A stretch of 64,000 nt of DNA, from positions 1 through 64,000 of the forward strand of contig JAYENL010000259.1 of NCBI GenBank assembly GCA_034722055.1, given 5' to 3'. A program made the translations under genes and the position numbers. The notes beneath the pieces are model-generated. The model ran no database searches, was not told the DNA's origin, and saw only the letters and a program-made list of their open reading frames with translations. The DNA comes from Armatimonadota bacterium (GTDB lineage: Bacteria > Armatimonadota > Zipacnadia > Zipacnadales > UBA5352). This document shows positions 25,572-35,269 of the stretch, in pieces. How positions within the stretch are numbered: the first letter of the stretch is position 1; each line of letters begins with the position of its first letter.

Positions 25572-27926
25572 TCACGGAGGCTCCGCGTTCGGCGGCGGGT
25601 CCAGGTCCTCCGCCGCGACGATGTCGATCTGTACGCCCACGACGATATCCCCGCGGGTGAGCACGAAGTCATCTGAGCCCCGGTAGCCCTCGGCCTGGAC
25701 ACTGACCTGATACTCCAGCCCCGGCACGAGCCCATCCACAGACCATTCGCCCTGCTCATCGCTGGTGGTCGTGGCCCGCGTCGAGAGCGGACCCGGCATG
25801 CGTTCATCCTCCCGGTACTCCCGGCTGTACACGCGGACCCGCGCTCCGGCGAGCGCCCGGCCCTCCGGATCGCTCAGCACGCCCATGGCGCCGCCGGGCG
25901 GCTCCAGCTCAAAGGTGACCAGTCCGGCCTCCGGGTAACAGGGCATGGCGTAGGCCCCGCTGCCATCAGGCGCGAAGGCCAGGACGGCGACCGCGCGCTC
26001 GCCCCACGCGTCCATGACCTGCAGCCCGTCCAGCGCGAATGCGCCCCGGTCGTCGGTGCGGGCCGTCGTCGGCGACTCGTCGAACGTGTCGTGCGTCATG
26101 ACCCACGCGCCGGACACCGGCTCGCCGCCCCCGTCCGTGACCCGCCCGATGAGCCTGCGGCCATCGGGATTGACGACCATCGGCTCCAGGTCGCGCTCCT
26201 CACCGGGCTCCAGCGTGAGTTCGATGCCGCGCACCCACGTCTCGTCCACGAGCCTCCGGCGCCATTGGGAGATGGGCCGAATGGTGAGCTCGATTCCCGC
26301 GGGCAGGGGGCCGATGCGAACCACACCGCTCTCGTCAGTCGTCCATTGGCCAGGCACCGCGGCCGACGCCTCATCCGGCGGCCCCGGCGCCTCAGCCACA
26401 GGCTCCGGCGGCGCAGGGCCCCCGACGAGCGACCCACGGCCCGCCCCGGCCTCCATCTCGACGCCTGCGACGGGTTGGCCCTCCTGATCACGCACGGTGA
26501 TGGTGGCCCATCCGCCCTGTCGCGGGACAACGGTGACGGGCTCGCCCGGCTCGCCGGTTGGGGCGAAGCCCACGCTGTCACCGCGCTGCGCCCAGAGGAC
26601 GCTGGGTCCGCCATACCACCACGGCTGGAAGGCAACGCGTCCCCGGGCATCGGTGGTCTCGGGACCGCGGGTGTAATCACCGCTGATGAGCCAGACCGAA
26701 GCGCCAGCGAGAGGCTGGCCTTCCGCGTCAACGACCACTGCGGGGAAGCCGGGCCGCTCGCTCAGCACGAAGTCCGCGCCGGTGACCACCTCGCCCTCAG
26801 CGACCTCAAGGACGTGAGACCGCCGACTGGCCTCCAGATGGGGGAAGCGCGGGTCGCCCGCCCAGCGGATGCGCCCGGTTCCCGGCAGAACGTGGACGCG
26901 GTAGTGCCCGTCCTCGTCCGTGACGCCCCAGGTGCCTATGCCTCCAAAGAACACGTGGCCCGGGACGGTCTCGGCCGTGTCGGCGATGGTCAGCGTGCCC
27001 TCGATGACCCCGCCAGAGACCAGTTGCAGGTCAACGCCCTCACGATGGTCGCCCCGCTGAAGGTCGAGGTCCTCGACCGGCTTCGCGACCGCGTCCCGCG
27101 GCGACATGGCCACCACGCGGTATCTCCCCGGAGGCAGGCCGCGAAGCTCGTAGCGCCCCTGGGCGTCCGTGGTGTCATGGCCCCACCCATAGACTCCGCC
27201 GGTCTCCATGCGGGCGCCCCCCACGGTGATCTCCGGCACCGGCCGCCCATCGCGGGTGACCTGCCCTGAGATGCGGACCTCGCGCTCCATGACGAGCAGT
27301 GCCGGGTCTTCGACACGGCGGCTGCGGGTCACGACCATGGTGTCACGATAGGCTGCCCAGCCCTCGCCCAAGGCGCCGTACTGCACGGTGCAGCCGGGGC
27401 GAAGGCCCTCGATCGCGAACCACCCATCATCATCGGTGAGCGCGGCCAGCGGCGAGGAGCCGTCGGGGAAGGACAGATGCGCCAGGTCGGTCCCCTCCGG
27501 TGGCATGAAGAGGCGGACCTCGACGCGAATCCCAGGGATCGGCTCGCCGGAGTCGCTGACCACCTGGCCCCGCGCAGTCACCGGATCGCCGCCCAGCCGC
27601 ACCTGGCATTGCTCCCCCGGCTCAACGCGCGCTGAGCCCAGGGCGAGACCATCACGCATGGCGACGACCGGGTACTGAGAGCGGTGCGCCTGCGTCTCGA
27701 AGCTGAACTCGAAGGCGCCGCCGGGGCCGGTGGTGGCGGTGAGGACCTCGGGCTCGAGCGCCACCTCGGCAGGGACGTACCAGGTGGTGACGGTGGCGCC
27801 CTCGGCGGGTGCGCCGTCGGGCGTCAGGACCACGCCGCTGATGGCGACCTCCTCGGCGGAGGCGAACGGCAGCGCAAGCAGACACAGCGTGATGCTTACG
27901 AGCAAACGGCTGTGTACAGACATCAC
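25572..27926 (-). CDS. Secreted carboxypeptidase-regulatory-like repeat protein
   Basis: Signal peptide, 'AEEVAISGVVLTPDGAP', about 8 modules. Confidence 0.85.
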   Translation of the reverse strand: MMSVHSRLLVSITLCLLALPFASAEEVAISGVVLTPDGAPAEGATVTTWYVPAEVALEPEVLTATTGPGGAFEFSFETQAHRSQYPVVAMRDGLALGSARVEPGEQCQVRLGGDPVTARGQVVSDSGEPIPGIRVEVRLFMPPEGTDLAHLSFPDGSSPLAALTDDDGWFAIEGLRPGCTVQYGALGEGWAAYRDTMVVTRSRRVEDPALLVMEREVRISGQVTRDGRPVPEITVGGARMETGGVYGWGHDTTDAQGRYELRGLPPGRYRVVAMSPRDAVAKPVEDLDLQRGDHREGVDLQLVSGGVIEGTLTIADTAETVPGHVFFGGIGTWGVTDEDGHYRVHVLPGTGRIRWAGDPRFPHLEASRRSHVLEVAEGEVVTGADFVLSERPGFPAVVVDAEGQPLAGASVWLISGDYTRGPETTDARGRVAFQPWWYGGPSVLWAQRGDSVGFAPTGEPGEPVTVVPRQGGWATITVRDQEGQPVAGVEMEAGAGRGSLVGGPAPPEPVAEAPGPPDEASAAVPGQWTTDESGVVRIGPLPAGIELTIRPISQWRRRLVDETWVRGIELTLEPGEERDLEPMVVNPDGRRLIGRVTDGGGEPVSGAWVMTHDTFDESPTTARTDDRGAFALDGLQVMDAWGERAVAVLAFAPDGSGAYAMPCYPEAGLVTFELEPPGGAMGVLSDPEGRALAGARVRVYSREYREDERMPGPLSTRATTTSDEQGEWSVDGLVPGLEYQVSVQAEGYRGSDDFVLTRGDIVVGVQIDIVAAEDLDPPPNAEPP

Positions 27927-27938
27927 CTCTCCGCCTCC

Positions 27939-29342
27939 CTACAATCGATCCTCCAGAATCGCCGGCTTGAGCGTCCAGGCCTGCCTCTTCGTCTGCTCCA
28001 GGAGCTTGCTGCCGTCGATCCCCTGGGGCAGCATGGCGCCCTGCCAGCCGCCGCGGGCGGCGTCGTCATCCACGTGATCGTCCACCCGCATACGCGCCGG
28101 CTGGGTCTCCACATGTCGATCCATGTCGCCCGTCTCGACGAGGTGCGCCACCATCTGGGCCGCGCAGCAGAACCAGTCAGCAACCGTGCCGCACATCTCG
28201 CCCGCCCACACGTCATCAGGCAGGCGCCCGTGGCTCTCGATGAACTCCGCGGTCTCCAGCACTGACTCCCGGAAGTCGTCCGCATCGGCGCCGAACCACG
28301 TCTCGACCTGCCCGCTGCCCCGATTCGCCGGTCCGTCGAGATACCGGCAGACTGCCCCGGGCGGGACGGTGTCCTCGCGGATGGCCTGGGCCAGGAAGCG
28401 CGTGAACATGCCGAACAGCTCCGCCGCGGAGATCGCCATGCCGTCGCGCTCCTGGAAGTACACCTCGTGGCCGACCGCTGCCGCCATCTCCCGCAGCTCC
28501 TCGGCCGAGAAGACGCGGCCCATGGCGCGGTCGGGGTAGAGCCCGGGCAGGTCCGCGGCGGTGACTGTCTTGACGTGGTCGTGGGAGAGCACGTAGCGGA
28601 CGAACTCCTCGAAGTGCACGTAGCCGGCGTCCTGCAGCTCATTGGGCTTCAGGCGCGTCGAGAACCACTCCTGGAGCACGAGCTGGCAGGGGTGGTTGGC
28701 GATGGAGATGAGGCCGCCGTCCTCGAGGGCCTGATAGGAGGCGTCGAAGGCCTGGCGATAGCGGGCCCTGGCCTCCTCGGTGCCGAGGTCGAAGCCGAGG
28801 GTGAAGCGGTGGCAGGCGTCGCGGCCGCGGCGGTCGGTGCCGATCATGTGCGAGGTGTTGACGATGCCCCCGTAGTAGAAGGGCTGCGCGTGCAGACCCA
28901 CGTAGCCGTAGCCGCTGACATAGGTGGGGATGCCCCACGCGCGCAGCACGGGGAAGACCTGTGGCGACCAGTTGGAGCCGGGCTGGCCGTAGGTACAGGG
29001 GGTGACGCCGAAGAGGTCGATCAGCTCATCGACGCCCCGGCGCTCCCGGCGCTCGAACTCCCGCTGGCCCTCCAGCCAGTCCAGCGGCGCCATGTACTCC
29101 GCCGGCTGCGGCCGGCCGCCGTGCATGTCCGAGTGGAAGCCGATGGCGTGCTCGCCCAGCGCGTCGATGACCCTGTAGCGCACGCGCTGGCGGAGCACAC
29201 GGGCCTTCTGCCCCACGACCTTCATGGTGCCGCGCACGCCGTGCGAGGCCAGGATCTCCGCCAGGCGCCTGGCGGCGTCATCCGACTGCGGGACGGTGCA
29301 GTCCTCCACATCGAACCAGAACAGGACGTAGCGGGTGGCCAT
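27939..29342 (-). CDS. Polysaccharide deacetylase-like (NodB-fold) protein
   Basis: 'FWFDVED', 'GTMKVVG', 'HAIGFHSDMH', 'QPG', 'ANHP'; likely start MATRYV at 29342. Confidence 0.7.
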   Translation of the reverse strand: MATRYVLFWFDVEDCTVPQSDDAARRLAEILASHGVRGTMKVVGQKARVLRQRVRYRVIDALGEHAIGFHSDMHGGRPQPAEYMAPLDWLEGQREFERRERRGVDELIDLFGVTPCTYGQPGSNWSPQVFPVLRAWGIPTYVSGYGYVGLHAQPFYYGGIVNTSHMIGTDRRGRDACHRFTLGFDLGTEEARARYRQAFDASYQALEDGGLISIANHPCQLVLQEWFSTRLKPNELQDAGYVHFEEFVRYVLSHDHVKTVTAADLPGLYPDRAMGRVFSAEELREMAAAVGHEVYFQERDGMAISAAELFGMFTRFLAQAIREDTVPPGAVCRYLDGPANRGSGQVETWFGADADDFRESVLETAEFIESHGRLPDDVWAGEMCGTVADWFCCAAQMVAHLVETGDMDRHVETQPARMRVDDHVDDDAARGGWQGAMLPQGIDGSKLLEQTKRQAWTLKPAILEDRL

Positions 29343-29409
29343 TGGAATCGCCCTCCTGAGCCGTGCATGAACGCGGCGGCTCATTCACCGCATCAACCGG
29401 TCCGTCCTG

Positions 29410-30804
29410 CTATCGCTCGCAGCGCCAGACGACGTCGCAGTCGTCCCAGTCGTAGCCCGGCTCGCGGGGGCCGTGGCCGCCGTCATCATCCAGGTCCTTG
29501 CCCACCGACCACACCACGAAGCCGTCGCCGTGGCGGCGGTAATGCAGCGGCTTGCCGGTGAAGACATCCGGGGGCAGGTCGTAGTCCACCGCTGTCTGGA
29601 GCTGCGAGAGGTCCACGGGATACTCGCCGTGCTGCTGGCGGTGGATCTTAAGCGCCAGGACGACCTCGAAGAGATCGAGCTCCGCGGCCGCCGCGTCGGA
29701 GATCTTCGCGGCCCTGCTTGTAGCGCCGATGAACACCAGGGACAACGGAGTCAGCTCTTCTTCGGGAGGATGAACCCCACGGTACAGCACACGGCGGTCG
29801 GCGACGGTTCTCACCGCCTCGATCTCGCGGCTCAGCTCCCTGAGGTAGGCCACCGCATACGCGTTGAGCAGCGGGCGGCCAAGCCGACTCATGTAGAGCC
29901 AGAGCACCACATTCTGGATGCCGCTGCTATTGCTGCCCAGAATCTCCCGTACGGTTTCCGGATGCTGTCGCGTCTCACGGATGAGATCGATCGCCTGAGC
30001 GCGCTCGCCGAGCATGGCGTGGAGGAATGACCGCTGGCGGTTGACGGTTCGGAGGTATTCGATCATGCTGCGGGCGGCGGCCGGCGAGGGCGTGCCGCGG
30101 GCCAGCGTCTCCCTGGCGTGGCCCAGCGCGATCGTCTGGCTGCTACAGGCGAAAAGGGCGCTGCTGAGAAGTGGCTCCGCAGCGGCGTGCTCGGACATGC
30201 GCAGTATGACGCGGTACCAGCCCAGGGCCTCATCGATCTCGCCGTCGTGCGTGCACAGCCTCGCCCTGGCCGCCAGCCAGCGGGTGGCTTCGTGCATGTA
30301 ATGCGGGAAGACGATCTGCGAGCCTCGCGTCCAGTCGATCTCGAAAACACAGTGCGGCCTCTGCGAGGCCCGGCGAAGCGTCTCCAGCGCCCGGGCGACC
30401 GTCGGGTCCTCGAGCGCGGGCCGGACCATGTCATCGGAGACGGCACCGGTGAGATAGTCCACCTCCACCAGCTCAGACCATCCGGTGGCGGCGAGCACGG
30501 ACTCGCGGTCCTCGGCGTCCGGCCGGAGATCCACGCGGAAGACCTGCTGATACAGCACCGCCGCGTTCTGGTCATCGGGGACAGGCTGCGGCGCCATCTC
30601 CGCCAGCGTCATGGGATCGCCGGACTGCTCAATGCGCTCCAGCTCAGCCGCCAGCTCCCGCTCGGTGCGCCAGTAGGCGTACGCCCACGGCACGCCACCG
30701 AGTATGATCACCGCCAGCAGCAGATAGACGGCCCCCCGCAGCGCGCAGGAGCGATGCCAGGCGCGGGTGATACCGCCCCATGCTCCGCCGCGCTCTTCGG
30801 CCAT
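29410..30804 (-). CDS. Membrane-anchored helical protein with GspG/T2SSG-like C-terminal motif (paralog 3)
   Basis: N-terminal TM; 'PVPDDQNAAVLY'; C-terminal 'LALKIHRQQHGEYPVDL…PDVFTGKPLHYRR…VWSVGKDLDDDGG…DVVW'. Confidence 0.75.
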   Translation of the reverse strand: MAEERGGAWGGITRAWHRSCALRGAVYLLLAVIILGGVPWAYAYWRTERELAAELERIEQSGDPMTLAEMAPQPVPDDQNAAVLYQQVFRVDLRPDAEDRESVLAATGWSELVEVDYLTGAVSDDMVRPALEDPTVARALETLRRASQRPHCVFEIDWTRGSQIVFPHYMHEATRWLAARARLCTHDGEIDEALGWYRVILRMSEHAAAEPLLSSALFACSSQTIALGHARETLARGTPSPAAARSMIEYLRTVNRQRSFLHAMLGERAQAIDLIRETRQHPETVREILGSNSSGIQNVVLWLYMSRLGRPLLNAYAVAYLRELSREIEAVRTVADRRVLYRGVHPPEEELTPLSLVFIGATSRAAKISDAAAAELDLFEVVLALKIHRQQHGEYPVDLSQLQTAVDYDLPPDVFTGKPLHYRRHGDGFVVWSVGKDLDDDGGHGPREPGYDWDDCDVVWRCER

Positions 30805-32214
30805 CTACCGCGTCACCTTCCAGACAATATCGTGGTCATCCCAGTCATAGCCCGGCTCGCGGGGGCCGTGGCCGCCGTCGTCGTCAAGGTCCTTGCCGAG
30901 CGACCATACCACGAAGCCGTCGCCGTCGCGGCGGTAGTGCAGCGGCTTACCGGTAAAGACCTCCGGGGGTAGGTCATAGTCCACCGCCGCCTGGAGCTGC
31001 GAGATGTTCGCGGGGTACTCCCCATGCTCCTGCCGGTAGACCTTCAGGGCTAGCGCCACCTCGAAGACGTCCAGCTCCGCGATGGCGGCGTCGCGCTTCT
31101 GTGCACTCCTCGCGAAGACCGGGAACATCATCCGGGCGATGAGCGCCGTGGACGGCACGCTCTCGCCCAGGTCATCGAGGCGCTCATAGAGACCATCACT
31201 GGGGGGGACCGTGTCAAGGAGCTCGAGCTGCTCCCGCATCAGGCGCAGGTAGGCAGTCTGATCGGCGTTGAAGAGGGGCAGGCCGACCGGGCTGGCGTAG
31301 AGCCTGGCGGCCCAGGTCATGGCATCCGTCTCGCCAAACCAGGTCGCCAGGTCCTGCGGCTCCTCGCGGACCTGCTGGTACGTGTCGAGCATTATCGCCC
31401 GCTCGCCGAGCATGGCTCGCCGGAACTCGCTGCCGCGGTCAATGGTGCGCAGGTAGCTAATCATCTGGCGGGCAACGTCCGGCGAGGGCATGCCCTCGTC
31501 AAGCGTCTCGCGGGCCTGAGCGGCGGCGATGGCCTGCATGGCGATGGCCACAAGCTGGGCGATGAGCGTGGGCTCCTGCGCGGCGTGCTCCGAGATGCGC
31601 AGGGACACCCGACACCAGTCGAGCGCCTCGTCGATGTTGCCGCTCGCGGCGGCGTACTTCGACCTGGCGGACAGCCAGCGGGCGGCCTGCCGCATCTTGG
31701 ACAGGTGCGGGAAGAGGATGGCCGCCCCCTGACTCCAGTCGATGGGGAACACGCAGTGCGGACGCTTCGAGGCCCTCCGCAGCGTCTCCAGGGCCTGCTG
31801 CACCGCCGGATCCTCGAAGACCTCGCGGACGAACTCCTCGGAGACGTTGCCGGCGAGGTACTCGTCCTCGATGGTCTCCGAATAGCCGGTTGCATCGAGG
31901 TCCGAGGTGGCACCGTACGATGAGGTGAAGCTGACGTTGAAGACCTGCTGGTAGAGGTCGGCTGCATTCTCGTCGGCGGGGACCGGCTTGGGCGCGGCCT
32001 CGGTAAGCGTCATCGGCTCGCCGGCGTCCTCGATGCGCTGCAACTCCTCCTGCAGCATGGCCCGGCTCTGGTGCAGCAGGTACCACCAGGGCGCAACCAC
32101 CAACAGGGCAACGGCCAGCAGCGCGTAGACCGTGGCCCGGAGGGAGCAGGACCGACGCCAGGCTCGGGCGAGGCCCGAGCAGCGATTGGGTGTGCCGCTG
32201 GCGGCATCTGGCAT
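30805..32214 (-). CDS. Membrane-anchored helical protein with GspG/T2SSG-like C-terminal motif (paralog 2)
   Basis: Same architecture; 'EPTLIAQLVAIA'; 3' end highly similar to paralog 3. Confidence 0.75.
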   Translation of the reverse strand: MPDAASGTPNRCSGLARAWRRSCSLRATVYALLAVALLVVAPWWYLLHQSRAMLQEELQRIEDAGEPMTLTEAAPKPVPADENAADLYQQVFNVSFTSSYGATSDLDATGYSETIEDEYLAGNVSEEFVREVFEDPAVQQALETLRRASKRPHCVFPIDWSQGAAILFPHLSKMRQAARWLSARSKYAAASGNIDEALDWCRVSLRISEHAAQEPTLIAQLVAIAMQAIAAAQARETLDEGMPSPDVARQMISYLRTIDRGSEFRRAMLGERAIMLDTYQQVREEPQDLATWFGETDAMTWAARLYASPVGLPLFNADQTAYLRLMREQLELLDTVPPSDGLYERLDDLGESVPSTALIARMMFPVFARSAQKRDAAIAELDVFEVALALKVYRQEHGEYPANISQLQAAVDYDLPPEVFTGKPLHYRRDGDGFVVWSLGKDLDDDGGHGPREPGYDWDDHDIVWKVTR

Positions 32215-32293
32215 GGTGTCAGGGCTCCCTCACGGTTCAGACCAGTGTGGAGTTACGGAAGCATCGGCGGCCGGAGAGTGGTCCGAGCGCTCA

Positions 32294-32564
32294 GTTTCTT
32301 CATCGCGTAGCTCGGGCTTCCAGCCCGGCAGACGGCCCGCGGGTCTGAAGACACCGCCGCTCCGGACGGCAACGACAACTGCCGGGCGGGCAGGGAAGCC
32401 CGCCCCTCCTGACCGCAACGGCCCGGCGCGAACGTAGTCGCGCCCCTCCAAACCGCACGGCAAGCGCCGGTGCGCCTCGTTCCTTCATCGCGTAGGTCGG
32501 GCTTCCAGCCCGACAAATGGCCGGCGGGTCTGAAGACACCGCCGCTCCGCACGGCAACGGCAAC
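32294..32564. repeat. REP-like cluster with two ~86-bp direct repeats (32294-32379, 32479-32564)
   Basis: Unit CTTCATCGCGTAG[C/G]TCGGGCTTCCAGCCCG…GCGGGTCTGAAGACACCGCCGCTCCG…ACGGCAAC repeated with few mismatches. Confidence 0.88.
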
Positions 32565-32576
32565 GGATGCACCCCG

Positions 32577-32723
32577 TCAGGTATCCCGGCGGAGGGAGGT
32601 GCCGTTCCCGCGCCGCATCTGCAGACGGCGGCGGGCGGCGGCGATGATCCGCCACCGGAGCTCGCCCGGCAGCTCCGCCAGGGCGATGCGCCTCAGCCTG
32701 TCCTCGACCTGCTGATCATCCAT
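32577..32723 (-). pseudogene. Truncated anti-sigma-like ORF (48 aa) downstream of the second ECF sigma
   Basis: MDDQQVEDRLRRIALAELPGELRWRIIAAARRRLQMRRGNGTSLRRDT*; overlaps the sigma stop; similar position and N-terminus to 35266 ORF but lacks its TM helix. Confidence 0.5.
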
Positions 32724-33246
32724 ACTCGCTCTCTCCCAGCTCCTTGCGCAGCTTCTGCAACGCGTAGCGATACCGGCTCGACGCGGTGTTGGGCGAGATG
32801 CTCAACAGAGACCCGATCTCCGCGAAGGTATGCCCCTGCCAGACCTTCAGCACCACGACCTCCCGCTGCTCGGGCGGCAGCGCGGTGAGGGCCTCGCGGA
32901 CGGCCATGGCCTCGGGGTCGGCGGAGTTGCCGCTCTCCGGCTCGTCGATCAGCTCCAGCGAGCCCGTGGGGGGACGCCGGTACCTCGCGGAGAGCTTGTT
33001 GCGGGCGACGGCGAAGAGGTATCCCCCCACGTCCTCAATCGCCGCCGCCCGCTCCCCCCGATCCACGAGTGCCAGGAAGCACTCCTGGAGGATATCCTGC
33101 GCCTCCGTGCGGGGCACATCCCGCGACAGCAGCCAGCGATACAGCGTCAGGGCGTGGCGGTCGTAGATCTCGCCCAGCGCATTGACGTCTCCGCCGGCCA
33201 GCCGCCGCAAAAGCCTCTTGTCTCGATCCCTGTCCTGCTCGCTCAC
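32716..33246 (-). CDS. ECF RNA polymerase sigma-70 factor
   Basis: Region 2 'AQDILQECF…YLFAVARN'; region 4 'LPPEQREVVVLKVWQGHTFAEIG…SPNTASSRYRYAL'. Confidence 0.93.
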   Translation of the reverse strand: MSEQDRDRDKRLLRRLAGGDVNALGEIYDRHALTLYRWLLSRDVPRTEAQDILQECFLALVDRGERAAAIEDVGGYLFAVARNKLSARYRRPPTGSLELIDEPESGNSADPEAMAVREALTALPPEQREVVVLKVWQGHTFAEIGSLLSISPNTASSRYRYALQKLRKELGESEYG

Positions 33247-33489
33247 ACTGGCGCCCTTCCCGGCCCGTCACAAGGTATGTGTCCTGAGCCGTCCCGTTCT
33301 CGTCTATGATGCACCAAGATTGCCCGAAAGGGAAGGGGCCGCTGGTGCGGGCCTTGGGACCGGGACGCGGGGGAGATGCTGAAGCACACCAGGCACGTTA
33401 CGGTCGATTCGGCCGTGGAGGCCCGGCTGGCGGCATGGGGCCTGTACCGCCGCGTCATCGGAGCGCCGGAGAAGGAGTAAGCGCGGATT

Positions 33490-34926
33490 CTACCGCTGCG
33501 CGCGCCAGACGATGTCGCAGTCCTCCCAGTCGCGGCCCGGGGCGTCGGGACCCTCCCCGCCATCGTTATCGAGGTCGGAGGCGAGGGACCACAGGATGTA
33601 GCCGTCGCCCTCCCGCCGGTAGTGGAAGGCCTCCCCGGAGAAGATGTCGTGCGGAGGCTGCCAGTTGACCACGCGCGCCAGTACGTCGAGCGTCTCGGGG
33701 TACTCCCCGCGTACCTGCCGGTGGACGTTGAGCATCAGGGCGATCTGGAACTGGTTGAGTTGGGCGATGCCCATCTCGCGCTTGATCACCGCTCGGGAGA
33801 AGAGCGGGAAGAGGTCGTGCGTTGCAGGCGCAAACCAACGCAGTCTATGCAGCAATAGCTCAGTAGGATCCTCGATCGGCGCGACCTCCCGATACCGCCG
33901 CTCGGTGAATGCAAGTTGGGCGTCCCACAGACGCAGGTATGTGAGCTGATCGTTCTTCCGGAGGGGAATGGCCGGCAGGCTTGGGTAGAGGCGCCACAGC
34001 AAGGTGGGATGATCCGAGATGGTGGCGATGAGCGCGTCCGGATGCTGCAGCATGCATAGCGTGAAGGCCCGTTCCGTCAGCAGCGCACGGTCGAAGTGCT
34101 CCCACAGGTCCTCGGCGGCGATCATGTCGCGCAGATGCCGGGCGGTCGTGGGAGGTATAGCAAGGTCGCCGCAGATTTGCTCCGCACCTCCGAACAGGAT
34201 GTCCTGCATCGCCACGCGCACGAGGAACGCGATGAGCGTGGGCTCCTGACCAACATGCTCGGTCATCCGGAGGCCGACCTCGCACCACTGCAGCGCCTCG
34301 TCAGTGTGTCCCTGGCGACCGGCGAGCATCATGCGCGCCGTCACCAGACGCTGAGCGCCACGAAACAGCACCATGTGCGGAAAGAGCGCGCCGTACCCAT
34401 CCTCCCAGTTGACCGGGAAGAGGCAGCGCTCCATCTGCGAGGCGCGCTGGATCGCTGCCAGCCGGTCACTCACCTCCTCGCTCATCAGCCACTGGCGGAC
34501 CGGGGGATCGAGGCTCGGCGTCTCACCGCTGACGTAGTCATTGACCGCATCGCTCATCTCCCTGTCGAGATTGCTGAGCAGCTTTCCGGGCACCGCGTCG
34601 TCGCGCGCATCCTCCCACATGTTGAACACACGGAAGGCCTGCTCGTAGACGTAAGCCGCGTTCTCGTCGCGCGGCGGCATCTCCGGAATGGCCTGTTGGA
34701 TTGTCAGTGGCTCGCCGCGGGCCTTGATCTCCGCCAACGTGTCCTCGAGCTGCAGACCCAGCGTGATGTTGAAGTATGTCCATGGGATCGCCAGCACCAC
34801 GAAGGTAATCAGCAGCGTCCAACCGAGCCTCCGGAGGCGAGGCCGCCAATCACCCGTAATCCACGCAGCGATCCCGCTGGCGATCCGTCTGAAGGTCGGG
34901 AACCTCTCGCCCGCCATTGCGCTCAT
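33490..34926 (-). CDS. Membrane-anchored helical protein with GspG/T2SSG-like C-terminal motif (paralog 1)
   Basis: TM; 'PPRDENAAYVY'; 'EPTLIAFLVRVA'; 'GEYPETLD…DIFSGEAFHYRREGDGYILWS…DLDNDGG…DIVW'. Confidence 0.75.
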   Translation of the reverse strand: MSAMAGERFPTFRRIASGIAAWITGDWRPRLRRLGWTLLITFVVLAIPWTYFNITLGLQLEDTLAEIKARGEPLTIQQAIPEMPPRDENAAYVYEQAFRVFNMWEDARDDAVPGKLLSNLDREMSDAVNDYVSGETPSLDPPVRQWLMSEEVSDRLAAIQRASQMERCLFPVNWEDGYGALFPHMVLFRGAQRLVTARMMLAGRQGHTDEALQWCEVGLRMTEHVGQEPTLIAFLVRVAMQDILFGGAEQICGDLAIPPTTARHLRDMIAAEDLWEHFDRALLTERAFTLCMLQHPDALIATISDHPTLLWRLYPSLPAIPLRKNDQLTYLRLWDAQLAFTERRYREVAPIEDPTELLLHRLRWFAPATHDLFPLFSRAVIKREMGIAQLNQFQIALMLNVHRQVRGEYPETLDVLARVVNWQPPHDIFSGEAFHYRREGDGYILWSLASDLDNDGGEGPDAPGRDWEDCDIVWRAQR

Positions 34927-35266
34927 CCTCGCTTTCCTCCGGTGCAGGAGCGGTCATGACCTCGGACATCAGCCGCTGCCGCTGAGCCACGGCCTCAGCG
35001 AAGGCCGCGGGGTCATCGGCCGCCACAGTCACGCTCTGCCGCGGCCCGACCAGCGCGGCCATCCGCGCCTGGTAAATCTCGCCGAAGATCAGGTTGGCCG
35101 CCAGCAGCAAGGCCGCCGCGGCCGGGATCGCGAGTCGCAGCCCGCGCCTGATGCGCCGCCAGCGCAGGATCGGCTCCGCGCGCCGCAGCAGATGCTCGCC
35201 GACCTGCAAACGCGGCTGCGGTGGGCCGGCCTGGCGCAGCATCTCCTCAGCTTTCCGCTCGTCCAT
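34850..35266 (-). CDS. Putative anti-sigma factor (single TM)
   Basis: Starts 3 nt after ECF stop; basic cytoplasmic N-terminus then hydrophobic helix 'LAIPAAAALLLAANLIF'. Confidence 0.65.
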   Translation of the reverse strand: MDERKAEEMLRQAGPPQPRLQVGEHLLRRAEPILRWRRIRRGLRLAIPAAAALLLAANLIFGEIYQARMAALVGPRQSVTVAADDPAAFAEAVAQRQRLMSEVMTAPAPEESEDERNGGREVPDLQTDRQRDRCVDYG

Positions 35267-35269
35267 CGG

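Noticed and set aside
29410..31060. Similar 3' ends of two paralogs as a DGR template/variable repeat pair
   Set aside because: Differences are mostly third-position changes not restricted to adenines, both copies are coding, and no RT is present
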